Origin: Camelus dromedarius
Lineage: Eukaryota
Direction: 5' to 3'
DNA: 64,000 bases
Assembly: GCF_036321535.1 (NCBI RefSeq)
Contig: NC_087472.1
Location: 98,396,001 to 98,460,000 of the forward strand
Position 1 is the stretch's first letter; every line of letters starts with the position of its first letter. The notes under the pieces are model-generated. The model was given only the letters and a program-made list of their open reading frames with translations, made no database searches and had not been told where the DNA came from. Below are positions 25,737 through 36,200 of this stretch, one piece after another. Position numbers and translations under genes: made by a program.

Positions 25737-26699
25737 TTCTGGGTGGTTTAAACAGCACCCACAACAGCCTCTAAACAAGATCCCACATCTCCGAAGACCA
25801 AAGTGATGCTTCTTTTCTTTCCATGAAGAGCCTTCTTTTTTGACTTCTTATCACTTTTAAGATGACAAAATTAAAGGCCTTTGATGGTGGCTTCAAAAGG
25901 TAGGCTATAACTTTAAAAATAATGGTTGGGATGATTTGGGAAAAAACGAAGGCATTGATTTAAGCTTGTCCAGATGATAGCTTTTTAAAGATGGGCCATC
26001 AAAATCATCCCTCTAAATCTTGCTAATTAAAAATTTCTGTACTTGAAAAAAACCCCAACCATTAAATGGCAAAAACTATCAAGAAAACTGTTTTGCATGA
26101 AATATACAATTGTATAAAGAGCCCATGCAAATTAGGAAGCAAAACATTAGCACCTTAACAGATAAATAAAGGAAGTGAACTCACAATTCACAAAAGTGGA
26201 TGTGTAATTAGTAGAGAAGCATGAGAAAATGTGCAGCCTCATTAGTCATCAAAGGGATGCTCAATGAAAAAAGCTACCCGTTTTCCTCTTGTAATAGTCA
26301 CAGAAAAGAGTGGGAAAATGATCATGAAATAGATACTTGCTCATTCCCTCAAAAGATACTGTCTTCTTATAGCAGGCACTAAGCCAGCCTAGCTGGTGAG
26401 GGTGTGGGGCTTAGTAAATGGAGAAAGCTTCAGCCATTGTGGATTTAGGCCCAGTTAGGCCTTGATGGATACCATCCTAAAGAAAGTGTGTGGAAAAAGT
26501 TTTGTTCATTTAGGATAGCAAAACTGATTAAGAACCTAAGCGCCCAATCATAGGATTATGATTAAGTAAAATCTCATATGGAATAGTCCAGACACTGTGA
26601 TATAATGAATGATAAATCAAACAAGAATACAAACAGTAGAAAACTGGACAGATGATCCAGTAATCAAGCAAGTTTTGAAATGCTACATGGTGTCGTCCC

Positions 26700-26990
26700 C
26701 ACACCCAATACACACAACATACATTTGTATGTTTAAAGCTCTGAGGAGCCCCAAAACTAAGAAGATGGTTTATCTTTGCTTAACCCGGTATTCCTCAATT
26801 TATGTGACCATGGAAAGTTTTTTTCCCCCTCTTCACTCCCTTTTAGAGGTGAAACTTGTTTTATCATCTCTGGGAACTAGTATTTCTCAAACAAACGAAC
26901 AAAACCTTGATGATATACTGTTTTATCATCTCTGGGAACTAGTATTTCTCAAACAAACGAACAAAACCTTGATGATATACTGGCATATAT
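26700..26990 (+). mobile_element. MER103-like hAT fragment
   Basis: tttaaagctctgag...ctttgcttaacccggtattcctcaatttatgtgaccatggaa. Confidence 0.5.
26857..26980. repeat. Perfect 62-bp tandem duplication
   Basis: 26857-26918 is identical to 26919-26980 (tgttttatcatctctgggaactagtatttctcaaacaaacgaacaaaaccttgatgatatac). Confidence 0.97.
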
Positions 26991-29900
26991 GGTAGTATTT
27001 AAGAGCCATGTAAAAATAAAAGCTATATATGGGTAAATACATACATTAAAAAAATTCATGAAGCTGTTCACTTAAGATGTGTTCATTTTACTCTATAAAA
27101 ACATTAAAAAGAAACTGTAAATTCTGAGAAGGCAAAAAATTTTCTTAAATTAAATGTTGGCGTTCATTAAAACAAGTACAAGAATGTTAAGTCAAATTAT
27201 TTCTAAACTACAGATATATTTCTATGTATCAGTTGTTCGCGCAGGGTGCCTCTAATACTGTCAATATGTACAGATAACTTATGCCCATTTTATGCATTTT
27301 AAAAAGAGTTCATTGTAGGGGCTAAGAGCTCCAGACAGGGTTTTAATCCTGGACTAGCCACTAACTAGCTGTGAGACCCTGGACTAGTGACTCAACCCCT
27401 CTGGATTTTAATTTCCTAATTTCTAAATGAGGAACAGTAAGAAAAGTCTAGTTCCTTGCATCTTTGAAAATAGTTTTACTGTTTTAGAAGATTATAAACC
27501 TTTATCGGTACATTTTTGCCTGATGGTACATCAGCAGCCAGGTTTTTAATTTGAATACTGAGAACTTGGACCACTCACTACGATCACTGTTACTGTAAAA
27601 ACTAACAAAATGTTAATCAGCTCTAAGGGGATCTCCATGACAATGCACTTCCCAGAATGCCTTATTGGGGAGAAACAGGGACACCTAAGTTTATTTCATA
27701 TGTTCTGTTAAATTAAGAAATTGGTTTTCCATTTGGACGTCCCAGGACCTCTGGCTGCCACTGACTGTACCAGACAGATCAAAGAGGATACTGGGTATTA
27801 CTGATGTAAGCACCGTTGTCCCTAGGTCTCAAATGCTCAGGCCTAAACAACATAAAAGGGTTTTGCTGTCTTTGGAAACTGAGAACCTCTTGGTTAAGAC
27901 TAGTCTACTTGACTTGTCTGTCACTTTGTCTACCTCTGCGTGTCACTGAGCTCTGCTTTATTAGGAAGTCTTGGGTAAGTGCTCCTACAGTAAAATCTGT
28001 GGCCCCTTTAGAAATAGGGAGGTCTGTGCTCTGATGGATGGCGAAATTGACCAGAAAACCAGGAGCCGCGAGTGGTGACTGGTCGTGGATTATGCCCCTT
28101 ACTCCACCAAGATCTCCCCCAACAAATTCAGTATTGTCCCAGCTGCCGGCCCCTGACTTGATGTCCAGTGCAACAAACTCTCAATACAATAGGATTCAAA
28201 ACCCCTTTTTGAACTTATCTTGTATGAATTTGACCTGGACATGCAAATTTGTCTTTTCCTTAAGGTCACTCAAATTCTCCACATGGGGCACATAACACTC
28301 ACTATTTGACTCTGGATTTTAGGTGCAGAATTTTACTGGAAAAAAATGCCCTGCTTTTTGTGTCTTTCTCATCTTCCCTGCTTTTACTAGTTATTGGAGG
28401 AAACATATTAGTTTTTACTTTATCCACCAAAGGCTTCATCATGCACAGAAGCCAATTTGGGTGGCTATTTCACAGCTGAAGCTTCAAAAATGTTTTTATT
28501 TGGTTTTGTTTCTTCTACTTCATGAGTGGCTAGTGGGGATAAAATAAAGAGTTCTGGGTTTGGAGTTACCAGGGTACAGTTTCTCCCCGACCTTGGTGTG
28601 GGGGTGCAGTAAGAACCTTAGTTGTAGCTTGTACTGCCTTCCTCTCCATGTGGTCACAATGATTCCATGGGCCAATGTGTGTGAACGTGCTTTGTAAACT
28701 CTAGAAGACTCCGCAAATGCCCTCTGATAAACTCCAGGGCTTCCACCAGTTTGCTCTGGGTGCCTGGTCGGCCACTGCATATGGAACCGGATGGAACATG
28801 AGGCACCGCCTTTCTCTTGACTACTTTTGAGTGTCACTGTGTTTATGGCTCTATGATTTAGCACCACGTAGGAGGAAGTAATCATTGTACCGCCCCCGAG
28901 AGGCTGTTTAAAGGACCAAATGCAGATGAGCGTTGAGTGGACTCCATTTCCTAAATGATGTATGTGGGGCCGTGGCAACTGAGTAGCAAAGCTATAAATG
29001 GGTCATGGCAAGGTGTAAACATCACATGCTCCTCAGCCTGGACTGAGAGTGACACATGGGAGCTATCTGGTGTGTCACCCTCGCACCAGCCAAGGGGTGC
29101 CTTTCCCAATGTAAACTTTTTTTGCTTAGGTACAAAAGGTGTGTGGGGTACCTGGAGAGTGACTTTCAGCAGGGGGCCTCGCATTCCCCATCGTCCTCAC
29201 AAATGTCCCGGACAGGAGAGCAGGACGCAGGAGAGTGGCTGACAGCTGTTCTCTAGGCAGCAAAGCAGTGCGGCCAGGGACATGGCCCAGCACACTTGCA
29301 TTCCAATAACCCGACAAACAAGTGTGCTTTACAGCACGGGCAATTTTAGCTCTGGATCCCTTCCCCTTGTTCTCATTTTTAAATTCGAGCCCTGACCCCA
29401 GTCTCTGAATTCCCAGATTCCTGTACTGCGGTAACATAAAGGCATTCTGAGAACACGCTGAGTCTCACAAGGGCAAGGACACAGACTCTGTTCCTCTGGG
29501 GGTCTGGCAGTCCCGGAAGGACCATCTGTGACCTTTCTCATCAGCAGTGTCCTGAGTCCAGGGTTGCTGGGCCCTCTCGGGTTCTCTCGGGACCCAGGAG
29601 GGAGGGAGAGGCTGGAGGAGGGCAGGGTGGTCTGGAGAACGACGACTGCAGTGACTCCTCTGTGCCGTCTGCTGCCTCCTGCCCGGCTCCGGCTAGAAGA
29701 GAGATCCAAGTTCACTTTATAGATGAAATGTGGTAACTGTGTCCAGTCAGTAGCTCCTCCAGCCCCACATGAAGCGCCGTTTCCCTGGGGCTAGTATTGC
29801 ATGAAGAACTGTGTGTTTGCTTTTCCTAAATAATGTGATGATCTCAGTGGCCACGGTGGTCTGGGCAAACTGGATCAAGGTTTCTCTGTGTTTTCAAAAC

Positions 29901-30973
29901 TGTCTTAAAGTCACAGAGGTCCACAAGCTGAACCCAGTCATGAGTGGCATCTTAGGGTTTTTAAACAGTTACTGAAGGATCATGGCAAATGGCTCCCCAC
30001 GTATTTCTCAGTGTATCTCTAATTCCACCTACTTGAGACGGATTTGTGGTGGTCAAAGTCCCCATCAAGCCCATCATAGAAATGGTTCCCATTTCTGGTT
30101 CCAGATGGTGCTTCAGAGTCTGGACAGTTCTTGGAGAGAAACCATACCTCACAGAACATGCTGCAGTGACAATTTGCTATGAATCATCACCCCTTCCATG
30201 CTGTTCAGGCAAGCCCAAGGAATGTCTCGGTTTCCAGGGCAGCTTGATATGGGCCTCTTCCTTGGCCAGAGAGATGGGCCGGATGTCACCCAGCACAGTG
30301 ACCACAGCAGTAAAATGGCTTGAGCACACCCTGGCCATGGTGGGGCTACGGCCGGGGCCAAGGACAGCTGTGACAGCACAGGGGGACGGAGCACATTTCA
30401 TCAGCGCTGCTGGGTCCTTGCCTCTGCGTCCCCTCGCTCACTCCCGCCGCCTCACATTTCTGGTCCTGTCCTCACTTTTCCAGCGCTCCAACTCACCTGT
30501 CCCCAGGCAATGGGATGGAGAAATGAATAGGACATGTTCATCCCTTCAGAGGGTCATGGCCTAGAGGCAGGACAGCTATGGCAGGAAAGAGAGAGGAGAG
30601 AGAGGATGCCTAGAGGCAACTAATTACAATGCAGCCTGGGACCTGGAGAATTGCGGGGGTGAGTGGGTTGTAGTCAAAAGTTAGCAGCTGAGAGGGAGAG
30701 GCCTGAAGGCTGTCACCCTGTGACACAGGCAGTAAGTGTCCAGCAAACTTGGTGCAGGGTGCGGGAGGGAGAGTGGACAGAGACAGGCCAGCGTGGTGGG
30801 CCGGGTGACGCTGTGAAGTTGCTGGTCAACAAGTAAGTTTCACCCAGGAAATCCTGGGCTGGGAAGGAGGTGATATCTTGCTTCTTCCTGGTGAATGCCC
30901 TGGACTGAAAATTGAGTTTCTAAAAAAAGAAAAAAAGATGCTACAGAAATAGAAGAGTCCCTGCTAGGCAAAG

Positions 30974-31366
30974 TGTTATGAGCTGAACTGTGTCCCCCCC
31001 AAAACTCATGCACTAAAGTCCTGGCCCCCAGTACCTCAGAACGTAACTGTATTTGAAGATAGAACTTTAAAGGGGTGATTAAGTTAAAACGAGGCCATTA
31101 AAGTGGACCCTAATCCAATCTAACTGGTGACCTTATGAGAAGTTTGGACAATAGACAGCAGGGTTGTCTGTGCAGAGGAAAGACCGTGTAATGATACAAT
31201 GAGAAGGTGGCCGTCTGCAAGCCAAGGAGAGAGGCCTCAGGAGAAAGCAAACCTGCTGATAATCTTGACCTTGGATTTATAGCCTCCAGAAGTATGAGAA
31301 AATTTCTGTTCTGTAAACTACCCAGTCTCTGGTATTTTGTTATGACAGCCCTAGGAAACTAAGACA
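30974..31366 (+). mobile_element. MaLR solo LTR (MLT1B-like)
   Basis: tgttatgagctgaactgtgtccccccc...ccctaatccaat...gcaagccaaggagagaggcctcag...ggtattttgttatgacagccctaggaaactaagaca. Confidence 0.85.
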
Positions 31367-31539
31367 CTTGGAAACTCTTCCAGTTAAATTATTCTGAATC
31401 GTTAAAAAAAAAAAAGCAGCCTCTGCTGACTTGTGGGCAATGTTTTCAGTTCTGCCATCATTAATACCTTCCTGCCTTCCCCTCTGGTTCCAGAACCATC
31501 CAGATCTTCTTTGTCAGTGGCATGGCAGGAGCCCCAGAG

Positions 31540-31710
31540 TCAGGACACTGGAGTCCAAATCCCAGTTTTTCTATTTACCAGCTATGAGACTTTGAGTTAC
31601 TCACTTTGCTTTTTGCACCTCAAATGTGTGTCATCTTAACAATGAGTATAATACAACCTGCCTCACAGCGATGCTCTAAGGTTAGATGACACAACAGGCT
31701 TTGTAATCTC
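31540..31710 (+). mobile_element. MIR fragment
   Basis: caaatcccagt...ccagctatgagactttg...ataatacaacctgcctcacag. Confidence 0.6.
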
Positions 31711-32144
31711 TAAAAAAATACACAGGAAAGCAAAGCTGCCTAAAAGACCTCTGCTGCAGAATTCCCCTCCAAGCTCACCAGCTACAACTGGGTCCCATGG
31801 CTGCTCCGAGCTGTAAGAGAGACCAGGAAACAGAGTATTTGGCTACCAGCCTTGTAGGAGAGAAAAGCAAGGAAGAAGGGGGTTGTGAATGGATATGGGG
31901 TAAGCCAAGCTATACTATCTGCCCCAGCAAAGGTGGAGGGGACCCTGGTCTGTGGAGTTTTCTTTCTACAGTCATTGGTAATAAAAAAAAAAAAGAGAGA
32001 GCATTCTATTTCTTAGAAAAGATTCAGCCCATTCACATAAGTAAAACAGACAAGAAATGACAGCAAAGAATAATGGAAAACAAATGTGTAAATAAGGCTC
32101 AACCATCCTGACATCCCAAGAGCCATTAAAAGAAGTGGCCTCAT

Positions 32145-32573
32145 TATCAATTAGCTATCGCTGCATAAACAACCACCCCCAGGTCCCATGCCTTACAAAG
32201 AAAGCACTTATTACACTGGCTGATGCGTCTGTGGCTCAGCTGATTTAGACCGGGCTCACTTATGTATCCACGTCAGCTCCACACGCTACTCACCCTTCTG
32301 GGATCTGCAGGCCAGCCTGGGCATACCCTGTCTGCGGCAATGGCAGACGTGCAGGAGAGTCGCCAAGAACATGTGATGCCTCTTGAGGCTTAAGCTCCGA
32401 ACTGGCACACCATCACTTCTGCCTCATTCCACCGGCCGCAAGTCACATGGCCCAACTCAGGCATGAGGAATCCTACCCTGTCCACAATGGTAGGAAACTG
32501 AAAAGCAACAAGGCAATGGGGATGGATCTAGGGAGGGGTGGAGGACTGGAACCATGAAGGCAAATTTCCCACA
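32145..32573 (-). mobile_element. MaLR LTR (MLT1H-like)
   Basis: ttagctatcgctgcataaacaaccacccc...gaactggcacaccatcacttctgcctcattcc...aagtcacatggccc. Confidence 0.65.
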
Positions 32574-32852
32574 GGCACCAAAGGTCTTGCAAGTCAGTCT
32601 TAAGGTTAGCATTATACTCTAATCCTTCAGATGGAAGCCATCCTAATTTAGCTGGGAATTACTTGAATCCTTAGAGTCAGAGTTGATGGTCGCACCTTCT
32701 ACTCACTTCACATTCATGGACTCAAGCTGAAGTTTTCCAGTGAAAATGAAGCCTTCAAGTTTGACTCGTGCCTATCAAAATGATTTACAAGCCGTCCCTA
32801 AAAACATCTCACAAAAACTAAAGTAACCATTCCTTTGGTTTCTTCTTTGCAG

Positions 32853-33285
32853 GCTTGATGTGAAGAATTGGAGAGTAAGAGAATGGATTCAAAGGAAAAT
32901 TGCTCACTAAGAAATTTTATATATTTGTATGAAGATTATGAACCTCCCAAAGGCCTGAGACTCTAGCAGAAAAGTCCTGTTTGTGCATTTCCATCTCTTC
33001 CTTCTAGGTGGCTGCACTACTTACGTGCACTTATCTTCAGGTTTGGCAGCTTGCAGAGCAAAGCAGCTCAAGAATTCACCACTTGGAGGGTGTGCTTTTG
33101 AGGAGGGATATGATTTTATGGAGAAGGATATTGATTAACAATGATTTTGATGGAAAGTTCTCTAAGCTACTGCCCACACTATTTTGGTCAAATATTTGGA
33201 ATGTATTTTAGTTCTTCACCTTCTAAATTAATGTCAATAAACTTTTTATGAGGTCAAATAAATATTTGAGTAAATGTAAAATGTG
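32853..33285 (+). other. SMPX: SMPX terminal non-coding exon (3' UTR)
   Basis: Follows a strong acceptor. The sequence (gcttgatgtgaagaa...ttttatatatttgtatga...gcctgagactctagcaga...ggagggtgtgcttttgaggagggatatgattttatggagaa...caaataaatatttga) matches my recollection of the mammalian SMPX 3' UTR. The 3' end is estimated from the poly(A) signal. Confidence 0.85.
33236..33262 (+). terminator. Two tandem AATAAA polyadenylation signals of SMPX
   Basis: AATAAA at 33236-33241 and at 33257-33262. Confidence 0.8.
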
Positions 33286-36200
33286 CATCTCAACTAATTA
33301 ATTTTCATATCTTCAGAGAGCTACATACTCCCCCATGTGGAGAGAGGTGAGATAGAAGCACCAACCAAATTCCACACTGCGTAAGCGGGGCTTCTCATTC
33401 TGAATTATCGGGTACCACGGGGGAGACTATGGCTGACTGATCATTGCAAATCAAGTTAAATACTTCCTGAGGAACTGGGTATTGATGATGTTCCTCCTTT
33501 GAGGACGACTTTTATGGTGAGTACATTTTACTTCCATGGAGGCTCAGGAATTCCCATTCCCCATGTGGAATTGCATCCATTATAAGGCACAATAAAATAA
33601 AGCTGAGAGATCAGAATGAGAGGGTCAGATCATAGCTTAGCTGTCCAACGCAAGACATGTCTCCTGCTGCTAAGATGGAGAGTCTCCGTGCAACAATCAT
33701 ATACCAAAAAAGAATCACCCATGTCCCGCTAGAGTCTTCTGATCTTCCCAGATGTCCGGGCAACTGCAGAGTATGAAGATTTGAGGGACCAGGCTCTCAA
33801 GATCATGCAGTTTTAGAGACAAGTGTGTTACCTACCTGGTATGCAGAGATCCCAACACCCTGACTTTTTTCTTCACTTCATTGCTTACCATTTTTAAAAA
33901 ATCAGATGTATTTTGAAACATCTCAAGCATAAATTAGTCTTCAGCTTTTCTGTTTCGTAGAGACTGGTTTCCAAAAGCAGGGCTATCATTGCACACACGC
34001 GACTGGCTGCAGATTCAGCAGTATCTGATGAGTTGAGGTTTTCTTGAAGGGGCACCCATCTGGCTGTGGGTCCCAGACATCTCGCCGGGCTGTGGTTTAG
34101 CCTGGTGATCTAAATCTTACGTAGACATACAGGGCAGCAAATATCAAACAGAACAAAATATGCCAGCAAGTCATCTGTCAGCAGAACAGGTCCTCAGTAA
34201 TAGGGCGTTGTGTTGCCTCATGCCATTCCACTCCTTCCTAATTAGGGTTGTTGGCTAGGATTACAAAATTTACCTTCCTGTTGCCTTTGTTTATATATAA
34301 ATGATCCATATTCAGTTTCCAAATTTAATTCTGGTTTAATGTTATAAAAAACTTTCTTCATCTTTTAATGCAGTCTCCTAGGTCAAATTTGCAGTACAAT
34401 ACAGACCAGAGTCACTAGATAAATTCAATGCATTTTCTGAGGTATTCACTTAATATGTATTTTATTTGGTTAAGGTGCAAATTCACGGTATGGGACTTAG
34501 CAAGTTTCATGTTCTATCATTCATCAGACAGTACATATAATACAGGCAAAGACATTTTATTTTCAATGAAGTTATAATTATAAAAATTGACACGTTTCAT
34601 GCAAAATGGCTTTCTAAAAACTCATTCATCACATTGAAACAGCCTTATTTATATCGCTCAATAACCAATTATTATGCAGCTTTTTCATGGGGGAAGAAAC
34701 AAGTTACAAGGAGTTGAAGGTTCATAACGAGAGGGAGGAAAAACTAGCAACCACACCAGTTTGAGCAATTAAAAGCCAGCATAAGGTCCCATGGCGTTTT
34801 CAGTGAACATGCCGCAAATGGTCCAACTCGCAGTGACTCTGCTGACAGGTGAGGATGGTTGAGGGCAAACCACTGTACCTCTGCCCACCTCAGCTGGCTG
34901 TAAACTGCGGGCAGGCTCTGCCCTGAGTGCTGGAAGGAGCATAGCATCTTCATCCAGAAAATCCCCTTGTGTACCCCCACATCCGTTCCCCAGAATGAGA
35001 GTTTCCCGTGTTGTGCTTGAGGCCTGAGCGAAAGGAGGAGGCCCACAGGGTTCAGGACCACGAGGTACACTTGAAAAGCTCCCTTTGGAGGAGAAATCAT
35101 TGGGAACAAGCCAGGCTCTCCAGAATCATTTCTACCACTCTCTTTTTATGATCTTTCCATTTCGAGAGCACAGATTGCAGAGTAATTAGCTTTGCTTCCA
35201 AGGTTACTTCCTGAGTAGCTGAATGACACAGGCGAATTTTTAAAGTGAGGCCCAGGGCACCAGGGATGATAGTTACCCAAATGAACCCCTCATTTTGAAC
35301 TAGAGCAGTTAGAGGGTTAACATGATGCCTCACGTTATAATTAGGTCCCTAGAAGGAGTGCGCTGGCATGGCCGCACCAGCCCGAGACACTCCCTCTCCT
35401 ACCTTCTTGGGCTGACCTAGAACTAGGGTCCCCCCCCTCGGAGATAAGGTGTGGAAAGGTTCAGGGGGGATGAAAACAGAGCTCATTTGGATTCAAGACC
35501 TACAGGTTGATCAATTAAAACTACTCCCTTTTGAAGGTACGTGGCATTATCCCATTGCTTTGCAATCTAGCTTGAAAGAGAAACTGTATTTAACTTGGTA
35601 ATTGATGCTCCCTTGGGATTTTAACCTGATGCTGAATATATGCATCAATGTGGTCCACAGCTAGTTCCTTGCCTCACATCCCATTAATGAAATTTCTGTT
35701 CTTCTCCAAAGGAGATGATATATTGTCCTAACATTCAGACACGATCGTGTATTCAGTCAACAAGCCAGGCACAGAGCTACCAATCAGGGTAACGCGACCT
35801 GCCAGCATGTTGCTGGGTGAAGAAAACCTTTAGAGCTCATACACTGAGTTCATTTTTTCTCTAAGCAAATGACCAAACCGGCTCAGATCCCACACTGAAG
35901 GCAAATCATACTGTCAAAAAAATATATGTGCTGATTATAAAAAAGGGGATTCAGCTATAAAATAAGATTACAGCCTTAACAACACCATCACCTAAAGGTG
36001 TTCTTCAGAGGAAGAAAAACAACCTCAATTAAGCAATCATTTTCAGATTCTGGGATGCACTTGTCCTCATAACCCTCAACCCTATGCTTGTTTATTAAAG
36101 GAGAAAATAACTCCCATAACATTTGACTTAGGTGCAAAATAATTCAGTGCCACCCCCGACAAGGAGAGACCGCACTATCAGATAACAAGTCTCTTTTTTA

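Larger units (their letters stand above)
5397..32852 (+). other. SMPX: SMPX 3' UTR intron (~27.5 kb)
   Basis: Donor AAG|GTGGGT lies 13 nt after the stop codon (GT at 5397-5398). The acceptor is tcctttggtttcttctttgcAG (32851-32852). The joined sequence ...AAAAAAAG|GCTTGATGTGAAGAA resembles the SMPX mRNA 3' UTR as recalled. Confidence 0.85.

Noticed and set aside
26857..26980. CRISPR-like or other functional repeat array
   Set aside because: It is only two adjacent copies with no spacers, in mammalian DNA.
26609..26995. 128-aa ORF
   Set aside because: It runs through a hAT relic and the 62-bp duplication, with no protein similarity.
30046..30564. Longest ORF in the window (172 aa)
   Set aside because: It has a non-ATG start, no recognisable family, lies inside the SMPX intron and is overlapped by similar chance ORFs on the other strand.
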